From contig CAYQPU010000004.1 in NCBI GenBank assembly GCA_964419615.1, positions 1 to 60,927 on the forward strand: a DNA stretch of 60,927 bases, written 5' to 3'. Of the stretch, positions 45,861 through 54,574 are shown piece by piece. The first letter of the stretch is position 1. The number at the start of each line of letters is the position of its first letter. The notes under the pieces are model-generated. The model was not told the origin of the DNA and ran no database searches. It saw only the letters and a program-made list of their open reading frames with translations. This DNA comes from an uncultured Methanosarcinales archaeon. Its GTDB lineage: Archaea > Nanobdellota > Nanobdellia > Woesearchaeales > JAGVZT01. Both the position numbers and the translations under genes were made by a program.

Positions 45861-47392
45861 CTTGTTTTGTATCTCCTCAACTTATTGCCACTCAGTAAGT
45901 GAGATTCAATCAAACCATCAACTTGATGAGCATCCTCTTGGTATAAAACTGGAAAATCTGTGAGAAAAGTAACAAAATTCTCGTCTAAATTACCTCTAAA
46001 AAGATCATCAGTCAACTGATAACAGACATAAGATCTTTGTGGAAGCAAGAAGAAATCTCTTACACCGGCTTTTGGTCTTCGTTTTGAAAATTTTACTGCG
46101 TGTGAAAAATCACAGTAATCAGTTCCAACCATCTTATCAACAATGTTGGCAACAAATTTTCTATACTTATGATCATATCTCTTATCAAAATCAATATGCT
46201 CCCCCATTGCATACTCAGCCATTGCCCACTGTACTTCTTGGGCAAGAAAGTAACAATCTTCTAACCTGGAAGCTTGATCTTTTCCCATGGCAACAGCAGT
46301 ATCAGGATCAATTAGAAAATTCTGAACAAATTCCAAAAAGACTGTATTCCTAAGCTCAAATATCTCAAGTTTTTCTCCTGAATTCAATTCTTGCATTGAG
46401 GTATAGCTAAACCTCTCCATAAAATCAGCAATAAACTCTTCTTCTGACAATGGGTCATTTAGATTAGCAAATTCTTCGTTTACTAAACTCTCATAGAGCA
46501 TTTCCTCAGGATTAGCACCTAAAATGCTCGTAATCATATGAGAATGCTCACCACCACTAGAAATATAATCAATAGCACACCCAAAAAATTGTCTTCCTAG
46601 TTCCTGATACTCTTTTGAGAAATCCGGACCTCTAACTCTTTCTCTGTAAAATACTCCACTAATTGAGATCTTATTTCTAATATCCTTTTCAATATTTGTA
46701 AGTGTATATGATACACTTTCTGGATCGTTAAAAACAAACATCCTTGGTCTAGTGGGACTATTTCGCAAAAATTCACCATTGACTTTTGTTTTACTCATAT
46801 GCTCTAAGTAAAACTCTTCTCTAACATTTACAACAAGGCTGTATGCAAATGGATCTCTCTCAATTTTCCTTAGAATTCTAGCATCATCACTAACCTGTAC
46901 ACCAGACAAAGTATAATTATCAAACTCAAGCAAATCATCTTCAGTAGTAAACACAGCTTCACTGGTCTTAAACATGGTGTGTGGGGCAATTCCATTTAGA
47001 ACCTTTTGAAAGTTCCTCACATCAGTATCAGAATGAAAGGTACTCATTGTTCCATGTGAGTGCCACCAACCAGCTATCTCGTAATTCATACTATCAATAA
47101 TTCTAACCGAACGAGCTACTCCCTCTGGACTAACTCTAACATAAGCACTCTCTGCAGACTGATTATCGGCTAGGTAAACATCGGTTATAACATCATCTAA
47201 GGAGCCTTTTGGTTTAAGCAAGTAACCATAAGCTTCCATCGGTTGGTTGGACATCTCTGTAATTAATTTTGAATACAAAAAAGCCTTATTCAGAGCAGCA
47301 CTAGAAATATGAAATTCTCTAGATACATCAAATTCAGTTTGTTGCTGAGCCAATTGATTTAATATTTGTAATCTTTGTAATCTTTGTGTCAT
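45857..47392 (-). CDS. JAB/JAMM metallopeptidase with ~300-aa C-terminal extension
   Basis: PMEAYGYL and GWWHSHGTMSTFHSDTD form a complete E..HxH-x7-S-x2-D motif. Confidence 0.9.
   Translation of the reverse strand: MTQRLQRLQILNQLAQQQTEFDVSREFHISSAALNKAFLYSKLITEMSNQPMEAYGYLLKPKGSLDDVITDVYLADNQSAESAYVRVSPEGVARSVRIIDSMNYEIAGWWHSHGTMSTFHSDTDVRNFQKVLNGIAPHTMFKTSEAVFTTEDDLLEFDNYTLSGVQVSDDARILRKIERDPFAYSLVVNVREEFYLEHMSKTKVNGEFLRNSPTRPRMFVFNDPESVSYTLTNIEKDIRNKISISGVFYRERVRGPDFSKEYQELGRQFFGCAIDYISSGGEHSHMITSILGANPEEMLYESLVNEEFANLNDPLSEEEFIADFMERFSYTSMQELNSGEKLEIFELRNTVFLEFVQNFLIDPDTAVAMGKDQASRLEDCYFLAQEVQWAMAEYAMGEHIDFDKRYDHKYRKFVANIVDKMVGTDYCDFSHAVKFSKRRPKAGVRDFFLLPQRSYVCYQLTDDLFRGNLDENFVTFLTDFPVLYQEDAHQVDGLIESHLLSGNKLRRYKTR
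46699..46719. promoter_or_regulatory. Intragenic copy of the NrtR-like operator
   Basis: TAAGTGTA-TATGA-TACACTTT, with a perfect AGTGTA-N5-TACACT core. Confidence 0.4.
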
Positions 47393-47399
47393 TTTATTC

Positions 47400-48818
47400 T
47401 CACTCCATTAATTCATTTAATACAACAAGACCTCTTCTATCCACTTGTTCTCTTGTTAACCAATCTGAGAAATGGTTTTTGTCAAGTCTGTTGTATGGAT
47501 TATTCCCGGATCTATATCCTGTCATTAGTGTTTTTGTGCCCTGGTCTAACAATCTTGCAACTTTTTCCTCAGAATTTAAACGATGAGTGTTTGAAGCAGT
47601 ACTCCAACTACCAAGGCAAATTTTTTGCATTGATGAACTGCCAGACAAGAATGGATGTGCGTAGCTGTTTATAACAATTGGATTACCTACATCAAAACCA
47701 CTTCCACTTTGAGAAATTCTTACAGCAACCTCAGCAGGTCCAAAAGGAACATAACAATCCTGACTACTTACATGAGGACTCTTTAGTGCATATGGTGGAG
47801 TTCTAACAAAAGCATAATAACCTCCATTTAATATCTTAAATCCTGCATCATTAACAACATATTCCCGTCTATTGGCTAATTGTTCCAACCTTTGTCTTTG
47901 CTCAGCAATCTTGTGTAGTTCAAGACTTTGATATTCATCATTTTCAATTGCAGCAATTTTAATTCTTTTCTCAAGCAAATTTCCATGAAGCCTTTCAACA
48001 TCATCTGCACTTCCAACAAGAATTGGAAAATACAACCTATCATCTAGGAAGACAGATGAAGTATTAACTAAGTTTTTTAATTTTGAATATAATCTTCTAT
48101 CAATATCGAATCTTTCTGTTGTAAGTAATGAAGCTGCTTCATCTTTACTTGCTGTGGTTGGAAATCGTCTAAATGCAGCACAAGCACTCGGTGTCATTTC
48201 CTCCTGAAATTCTTCTCCAAGTTCAGGTACAGTAAACAACATGTAAACTCTGTCATCAACTATTAAGAAAGGATTGGTACCCAAGGCCTGTGTTAGGGCA
48301 GAATAATCTCCTGAAGCATTTGTAACAGGTCTATACTCATTTTCAATTCTTGAAACTAAATCCCTTTTTACCCGAGCCAGCTCCCGTAATACAGATAAAG
48401 GAACTTCAACTGCACCTTCTGGTTGTTCATAAACAATATCTTCACCTAGTAACTCAAGCAATCTTTGATCACGATTCTCATCAGTAATTAATGGTAAAAC
48501 TCTATCCGCCAAAAATGCTAAAGTTCTGTTATTACTTATTAGCTGATTGATTCTATCCCTTGACATGTAATCTTGTCTTGACAAAGTACGCATGAATCTT
48601 GTTTGAAAAGCAACAATAGCTTCCTGATTTCTTTCCATATACAGTGACTCTAATTCATCAATCTCCATAACAGGCTCAACAGAATAATCTATACCTGCAA
48701 GATCTAGAAAATCAACCCCATTATCTCCTAATGTTGTTTGAAAAAGTGTATCATTGTAAATAATTAAAGGTGTTTCTAAATCAAATAAATTTGTTCCAGG
48801 TAATGTGCTTGATCTCAT
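47400..48818 (-). CDS. E2 (UBC-fold)-like conjugating protein with long N-terminal region
   Basis: ATG 48818 with GAGGA SD; C-terminal YAHPFLSGSSSMQKICLGSW resembles the E2 HP..ICL active site; preceded by a coiled-coil segment. Confidence 0.68.
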   Translation of the reverse strand: MRSSTLPGTNLFDLETPLIIYNDTLFQTTLGDNGVDFLDLAGIDYSVEPVMEIDELESLYMERNQEAIVAFQTRFMRTLSRQDYMSRDRINQLISNNRTLAFLADRVLPLITDENRDQRLLELLGEDIVYEQPEGAVEVPLSVLRELARVKRDLVSRIENEYRPVTNASGDYSALTQALGTNPFLIVDDRVYMLFTVPELGEEFQEEMTPSACAAFRRFPTTASKDEAASLLTTERFDIDRRLYSKLKNLVNTSSVFLDDRLYFPILVGSADDVERLHGNLLEKRIKIAAIENDEYQSLELHKIAEQRQRLEQLANRREYVVNDAGFKILNGGYYAFVRTPPYALKSPHVSSQDCYVPFGPAEVAVRISQSGSGFDVGNPIVINSYAHPFLSGSSSMQKICLGSWSTASNTHRLNSEEKVARLLDQGTKTLMTGYRSGNNPYNRLDKNHFSDWLTREQVDRRGLVVLNELME

Positions 48819-48835
48819 TTTATTCCTCAGTTTTG

Positions 48836-48883
48836 AAAAAAAAATTGCCAGAAGAAAACCAGCAGCTAGCGGTTTTAATCTGG
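48836..48883 (-). terminator. Hairpin plus T9 tract between the Ubl and E2 genes
   Basis: Stems CCAGA/TCTGG (48848-52 with 48879-83) and AAAACC/GGTTTT (48855-60 with 48871-76), then A9 at 48836-44 (T9 on the minus strand). Confidence 0.55.
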
Positions 48884-48900
48884 ACAAAGTAAAACTAATA

Positions 48901-49368
48901 TTACCTACCTCCTTCCTCATGCGTTAGTATTGCAAGTTTTAGGTAATTGAAAGGAGCTGCACCTGCAATCTCTTCCTGATAAAACCTATCACTTTGCGAT
49001 ACTGTTTGAGTTAGGGTGCTTCCACCTGTAGGTTGTCTCTCATTGTACATAACCATGTGGTTATGTTGACCCAAACGCTCAACAACGTTATCTTTAATCG
49101 TTACTTCAGATCCTTGTATTGAGGTTTCATTGATCATGTAATCAACAATTCCTGCAATACTCAAGTTACCGTCCTCCATAACGTCTGGTGGAATTGTTCT
49201 AGTGATATACGAACTAGACAACCCACCTCCGAGCTCAACAATTGTTTTTAACTCCGGGTCAAATTCGGGTGTTATCTCTGGAAGTACATCTACTTCCGTT
49301 TCAATCGGTTCTACATCTGTACTTAATCTTCTTTGATATGTACTAGATGATGAATCCATACTTACCAT
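48901..49368 (-). CDS. Ubiquitin-like (beta-grasp) modifier candidate, C-terminus ...LKLAILTHEEGG-R
   Basis: C-terminal GG plus one residue after a hydrophobic strand; first gene of the Ubl-E2-JAB-E1 run; strong GGAGGT SD. The fold is inferred. Confidence 0.62.
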   Translation of the reverse strand: MVSMDSSSSTYQRRLSTDVEPIETEVDVLPEITPEFDPELKTIVELGGGLSSSYITRTIPPDVMEDGNLSIAGIVDYMINETSIQGSEVTIKDNVVERLGQHNHMVMYNERQPTGGSTLTQTVSQSDRFYQEEIAGAAPFNYLKLAILTHEEGGR

Positions 49369-49823
49369 TTTTTTACCTCCACATTTATTATCTGATGACT
49401 AATATGTCCCTTCATGACCAGATAATCTGTTAGTATCTGCTCATGATCAAATGCAAACTGGTTCTTTCCAAGCATATCTACAACATCATCAATTGTATAG
49501 AACTTGGCAGCTTTTGCATCACTACCACTCCTGATTATTCCGCGAGCTTTTGCAGTGTATACCACACTAACAATCCTAGCTCTTGGATCTCTGCTTGGTT
49601 GAGAATAAATACCAAACAATTTAGGAGTGGAAATTTCTAAACCAATCTCTTCCCATGTTTCCTTCCTTGCATTCTCTTCTGTTGTTGTATATGGTTCAAG
49701 AATACCTCCTGGAATAGCTTTTTTACCAGCAGGATTATAGCGGTCAATCAAAACCAAACCATCTACACCATTGCTAGAATATTCAATTATAACATCTGTA
49801 GCAACATACAAAGGTTCGTTCAT
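49362..49823 (-). CDS. Nudix hydrolase, ADP-ribose pyrophosphatase-like
   Basis: AIPGG..ARKETWEEIGL (partly degenerate box), SQPSRDPR, SDAK, AFDH. Confidence 0.82.
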   Translation of the reverse strand: MNEPLYVATDVIIEYSSNGVDGLVLIDRYNPAGKKAIPGGILEPYTTTEENARKETWEEIGLEISTPKLFGIYSQPSRDPRARIVSVVYTAKARGIIRSGSDAKAAKFYTIDDVVDMLGKNQFAFDHEQILTDYLVMKGHISHQIINVEVKKW

Positions 49824-51619
49824 GGTAGCACCTCAATTCTTCTTTTAATATGAGAATAAACATCATTGATGTCATAGCCACCAAGGTAATGGTTAATGAT
49901 TGTCTCTCTATTACTAAAACCTCTACTACGGGGAGAAATTATTACTATTGGAGCTCCTTGAGCACTTTTGAAGACAGACCGTCTTGAATTATCAAATGCC
50001 TCCCAAGTCTCATTGCTAAACTGCTGGGCGGAGTACTTTTCATAAACAGATTTTCCTTCAAAGTCAAGAGGGAAAAAATCCTGAGTTAATGTTCCTTGTT
50101 GAAAATCTGCAATAATCTCCAAAGGACCTTTTCTATTTCTTATTAGCTCAGCATCAATACCGGATCTAACCCAATAATCAATAGGATCTTCTTTAGCATC
50201 AGCAAGTTCAGCCATTGGCTTAATAGTACCATCAAATAATGGCTGAGGAATAACCTCATCACCAAATCTTTCATTTATGTAATCAGCAAATTGATAAAGC
50301 TCAACTTTAGTAAGATCACCAATTAAAGCATGCACACCAATACTACCAATATCGTGAAAAGTAGCCCAACCTTCAACAATTTCAGTATGGTTACCAGTAG
50401 CAACTATTCCAGACTTAAAATGATGATACGCACCAATACCTTGAACTGTTCTCAATACAGCTTGAATACATGCTTTTCCAACAAGGCTCGGTTCTTTTCC
50501 AAAAGCATTTTTATGTGACTCAACAACACTCTGGTATGGTTCTTGAGTAGAGTTCCAATGCAGCTTAACACTTAACTTATCAGCAAGATACTGCGCAAAA
50601 CCTTTTGTAATATCACCATTATCCTCAGTTGGATTGGTTATAAGGACAGTATGATCAGCACCCATTGCATCATAAACAATTGTTGCAACAATAGCACTAT
50701 CAATACCACCACTTACATGAACTTGAGCGTTTGGAATACCTATAACATCAAAGATTTCCTTTTGCTCAAACACAAGTGCATCATAAATCTCTTGATACTT
50801 AGTAAAAGAAGGTAATTTAGCAGCAGATCCTTTACCTGTTAATGGTACATCCACAACACAATAATCTGATTGAAATCTTTCTAATTCTACAAGTGGATTT
50901 CCTTCACTGTCAAAAGCAAAACTTCCACCATCATAAATAAGGATATTCTTAACAATATCCCCAACACCAACACCATTAGTCATCACTACAGGAATACCTT
51001 TGTTGGCTGCATGACCACCAAACAAATCCCTTCTGATCTCTTGTTTGTCATAGTGAAAGTAAGATTGATTAGGACTAACAATCAAATCTGCACCAAGATC
51101 CTTCAGTTCTTGTATTATATCTCTCTCATGATTTTGATGCCAAGCATCTTCACATATAGACACTCCCAGATTGATAGTCTCTCCATTTATTTGTACAGGT
51201 ATAACCTTTGTTACTTCACCTGATGTAAAGTACTTCCTATCTTCATGATGCTCTCCATTTGCCAGCAATACTTTGTCATAAGTGTCAATAACCTTTCCAC
51301 CTTGAATAACAGCAGCAGAGTTTGCAATTCGAAGGTCTCCATTGACTTTTTTCCCAAGCTGATCAACAAAGCCAACAATAGCGACCATATCATCAGGTAC
51401 TTCTTTTGCTATGATTTCCTCAAGCATTGAAATATTGTATTGTACGAAAGATTCTTGCTCAAAAAGAGCTCCGCAACAATAACCTGTAATAGCAGTTTCA
51501 GGAAACACCACAATATCTGCATTATCTTCCTTTGCCCATCTAATATTGCGGACTATTTGCTCAGTGTTTCCCACCAAATCTCCGGTTACAGGTTTTGTTT
51601 GTGCTAGAGCTACTTTCAT
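49820..51619 (-). CDS. nadE: Glutamine-dependent NAD+ synthetase
   Basis: Nitrilase triad FPE / YDK / ICED plus synthetase domain SGGIDS, TGNHTE, DLTK, PMAEL. Confidence 0.93.
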   Translation of the reverse strand: MKVALAQTKPVTGDLVGNTEQIVRNIRWAKEDNADIVVFPETAITGYCCGALFEQESFVQYNISMLEEIIAKEVPDDMVAIVGFVDQLGKKVNGDLRIANSAAVIQGGKVIDTYDKVLLANGEHHEDRKYFTSGEVTKVIPVQINGETINLGVSICEDAWHQNHERDIIQELKDLGADLIVSPNQSYFHYDKQEIRRDLFGGHAANKGIPVVMTNGVGVGDIVKNILIYDGGSFAFDSEGNPLVELERFQSDYCVVDVPLTGKGSAAKLPSFTKYQEIYDALVFEQKEIFDVIGIPNAQVHVSGGIDSAIVATIVYDAMGADHTVLITNPTEDNGDITKGFAQYLADKLSVKLHWNSTQEPYQSVVESHKNAFGKEPSLVGKACIQAVLRTVQGIGAYHHFKSGIVATGNHTEIVEGWATFHDIGSIGVHALIGDLTKVELYQFADYINERFGDEVIPQPLFDGTIKPMAELADAKEDPIDYWVRSGIDAELIRNRKGPLEIIADFQQGTLTQDFFPLDFEGKSVYEKYSAQQFSNETWEAFDNSRRSVFKSAQGAPIVIISPRSRGFSNRETIINHYLGGYDINDVYSHIKRRIEVLP

Positions 51620-51623
51620 TTTA

Positions 51624-52451
51624 TTATTCTCTTAGATACTCGGCAGTTGTAATGTAATTGATACCAACTTGTTGACACATTCTTCTTGCGGCGTCATCTG
51701 CACTTTGTTCAGTATCAAAACCAAGTGGTTCATACACAAGATGAGTTGCGGCATCTGCGATTATGTTGATATCAGCTTTTGGGAACATTTGTCTAATCCC
51801 ACTTCCAGTTTGATATACACAAATACCCATGACAACTCCTGTGATATCAAACGATAATTCTTCACCCTGTCCATACATCTCTTTGAGTAAAGTAAAAACA
51901 TTCATCTCAGCAGAAGGTACACCCGAAACTTCACCTAAGAAATCAGTTGCTTGCGTGGCTGAGCCATTAAACATGTGCTTTGCATTTATCACATACTCAA
52001 TTTTGCCTTCCAAGAAATCCTCTGGATCTAATCTTTGAACACCAAAAGTATCCTCAACATCTTCAAAAGAAAAGGCAGGTCTTGGCTTACCACCTTCATA
52101 ATTCTGAAAAAACACATGTCTTGGAACAATTAAGCCAGAACTTTTTCCTTGAACTGATTGGAGTAATTTATCTGTCAATTGTGGACTTGTTGTCTGTCCA
52201 GGTTGCACATCCAATTCTTCTAAATTATATTCATCACCTTTAACAAGATTATGCGCAGGGTATAATCCTCCATTTGAAATGAACTCTGAGCTATCCCTTG
52301 GATGAACATCAGTTAAGAATAAAGTAAGATCAGCTCTTTCATTTATTCTAACTGCATTATTTTTCTGCTCTTCTGTTGTTCCACAATAAAAACTCCCATT
52401 TTCATCAACGAAACTTTTTCCCCAATCAACTAACACATTTATTGTTTTCAT
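51624..52451 (-). CDS. pncA: Nicotinamidase (isochorismatase family)
   Basis: VDW (Asp), TDVH, YPAH, AKH (Lys), GVVMGICV (Cys); lies between pncB and nadE. Confidence 0.8.
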   Translation of the reverse strand: MKTINVLVDWGKSFVDENGSFYCGTTEEQKNNAVRINERADLTLFLTDVHPRDSSEFISNGGLYPAHNLVKGDEYNLEELDVQPGQTTSPQLTDKLLQSVQGKSSGLIVPRHVFFQNYEGGKPRPAFSFEDVEDTFGVQRLDPEDFLEGKIEYVINAKHMFNGSATQATDFLGEVSGVPSAEMNVFTLLKEMYGQGEELSFDITGVVMGICVYQTGSGIRQMFPKADINIIADAATHLVYEPLGFDTEQSADDAARRMCQQVGINYITTAEYLRE

Positions 52452-52467
52452 TTTTCCTCACCTTTAT

Positions 52468-52488
52468 ATATTGTATATTTTACACTAT
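52468..52488. promoter_or_regulatory. NrtR-like operator upstream of pncA
   Basis: ATATTGTA-TATTT-TACACTAT; one mismatch from a perfect 8-bp arm palindrome; lies in the 42-nt pncB-pncA spacer. Confidence 0.7.
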
Positions 52489-52493
52489 TTAAG

Positions 52494-53846
52494 TTAAAAA
52501 GTTTTAACCCATGGTTTTCTGTTTTGATATTTCTCAAACAGTTCAGTTTTTATTTCATCAAGACCAAAAGAGTGATCTATATCATACTTCTTTGTAACTT
52601 GTAGTTGTTTTAATTCAGAAGGCAGCATGCAAACACTATCAAGGGCATAATTCCTAATCTCATTCAAATCCCTTTTCTGAACAACTCTTTCTCCGCCCTC
52701 TACCATTAACTCAAGTAAAGATTCACCTTCTACAAATTCATCTTCAAGCGCAATAACATCTTTGTGCATGTGATCATCTTGATAAAATCTATACACCTGT
52801 TTTTTTCCAGGCAAAGTAACTTTACCTGGAGAAAGTTTCATCTTTGGACCTTGCTCATCTTCAACTAATTTGTAAACACCAGAAATCGCTGAAACTGGTT
52901 TTGCAGTAATCATCTCAGTTCCAACACCATAACCATCCATTGGACAACCTGCATCCACAAAATCAGCAATCTTGTACTCATTTAGATCACTGCTAACAAA
53001 AACATCAACATATTCAAGATCTTCACTATTTAGAATTGCCCTAACTCTTTCAGAGAGATAGGCAAGATCACCTGAATCAAGCCTAACAGCTTTCAACCTA
53101 TGACCTTGCTCTTCCATCTCTCTTGCTACAATGGCAGCTTTTCTTGCTCCTTCAAGAGTATTATATGTATCAATCAACAAAACACAATCATCAGGAAATG
53201 TTTTTGCATAAGCTCTAAATGCATCAATCTCATCTTCATAACTCATAATATAACTATGGGCTTGAGTTCCACTAATTGGAATACCATACTCCATACCAGC
53301 TTTAACATTACTTGTTGCAACTGCTCCTCCAATATAGGTAGCTCTTGCACCTTTAACAGCTGCATCCTCTTCCTGAGCTCTTCGAAGTCCAAACTCAACA
53401 ACAGCTGCTCCCTCAGCAGCATTAACAACCCTACTGGTTTTTGAAGCAATCATTGTCTGAAAATTTATCATATTAAGAAGAGCAGTTTCTAGGAACTGAG
53501 CCTCTGTTCTTGAAGCAGTAACCCTCATAATTGGTTCATTAGGAAAAACAACTGTACCTTCTTTTACAGAATAAATTTCTCCTTCAAACCTGAAATCATC
53601 TAAAAAGTCTAAAAACTCCTCATCAAACAAATTCTGTTCTCTCAAATAATCAATATCCTTATCTGAAAAATCAATAGAAGTTGCATAATCAATTGCATCT
53701 TCAATTCCAGCAGCAATAAAATAACCCCAATCTTCTGGCAGCTTTCTAATAAACAAATCAAAAGTTGCAGTATCATCTTTTAAGTCATCAACATAGGCAG
53801 CCATCATTGTCAGCTGGTACAAATCCGTTAGCATTGTTTTACTCAT
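52494..53846 (-). CDS. pncB: Nicotinate phosphoribosyltransferase
   Basis: LTDLYQLTM, EFGLRRAQ, GTQAHS, LIDTY, VRLDSGD, YGVGT. Confidence 0.96.
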   Translation of the reverse strand: MSKTMLTDLYQLTMMAAYVDDLKDDTATFDLFIRKLPEDWGYFIAAGIEDAIDYATSIDFSDKDIDYLREQNLFDEEFLDFLDDFRFEGEIYSVKEGTVVFPNEPIMRVTASRTEAQFLETALLNMINFQTMIASKTSRVVNAAEGAAVVEFGLRRAQEEDAAVKGARATYIGGAVATSNVKAGMEYGIPISGTQAHSYIMSYEDEIDAFRAYAKTFPDDCVLLIDTYNTLEGARKAAIVAREMEEQGHRLKAVRLDSGDLAYLSERVRAILNSEDLEYVDVFVSSDLNEYKIADFVDAGCPMDGYGVGTEMITAKPVSAISGVYKLVEDEQGPKMKLSPGKVTLPGKKQVYRFYQDDHMHKDVIALEDEFVEGESLLELMVEGGERVVQKRDLNEIRNYALDSVCMLPSELKQLQVTKKYDIDHSFGLDEIKTELFEKYQNRKPWVKTF

Positions 53847-53934
53847 CTTTATCACTTATTGTATTATTCACACTTAGTATAACCAAAAAAATATCCAGTC
53901 ATTTTTTGACTGGATCATATATAATCTGGTTACC

Positions 53935-53955
53935 TTAGTGTATAGAGTACACTAA
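53935..53955. promoter_or_regulatory. NrtR-like operator at the pncB promoter
   Basis: Perfect TTAGTGTA-TAGAG-TACACTAA palindrome (GT-N7-AC core), 4 nt downstream of the TATA box. Confidence 0.8.
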
Positions 53956-53959
53956 TAAC

Positions 53960-53974
53960 TATAAATATTTTTCG
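53960..53974 (-). promoter_or_regulatory. BRE-TATA promoter of the pncB operon
   Basis: Minus strand reads CGAAAAATATTTATA. Confidence 0.65.
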
Positions 53975-53992
53975 GTGTTTTAGTACATATTT

Positions 53993-54457
53993 TCAGAAAA
54001 TGCGAGTAACTTTATGCTTAGCTGGACCTTCCATTGGTTTGTTTTCTACAACAAAATATAATGGAACACTCTCTAAATCCTCTGATTGGAGATGGTCCCT
54101 AACCTGTCCCCTAATAAACCTCTTTAATTTCCTTTTGTGAGTATTTACTGTTCTATCAATAGACCATTCTTCTCCTCTTTCTATAGGTAATGAAGATTTA
54201 ATATTAGGATCCATCCTATTATATGAGACCTCTGCCAGAAATGTTGGTGTATTCTTAGAAGTATCTGGATTAGCAAGACGGTTTTGAATGTATGTCTCTA
54301 ATCCATATTGTGTGTTGATAGAAAGTTTATGACTATTTATCCTTTTATCCCAAGAGGTTAATAAACCATCCTCGAGCTGTAGAAGGGGCCAAATACCTGT
54401 TAAATCTGGATCACATACTAAGTACATTCTGGTTCTGAATGTATCACTTGGATTCAT
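53993..54457 (-). CDS. Hypothetical protein
   Basis: 154-aa ORF with upstream TATA; no family recognised. Confidence 0.6.
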   Translation of the reverse strand: MNPSDTFRTRMYLVCDPDLTGIWPLLQLEDGLLTSWDKRINSHKLSINTQYGLETYIQNRLANPDTSKNTPTFLAEVSYNRMDPNIKSSLPIERGEEWSIDRTVNTHKRKLKRFIRGQVRDHLQSEDLESVPLYFVVENKPMEGPAKHKVTRIF

Positions 54458-54574
54458 TTTAACTAAAATAAGTCTTTTTAGTATATAAATATTTCTATTT
54501 TCACCACTTGAAAGTGATGTTTAATCGCAATATTTATATATTGATAATTGTTTCAACATTATAAAGGTAGTAAT

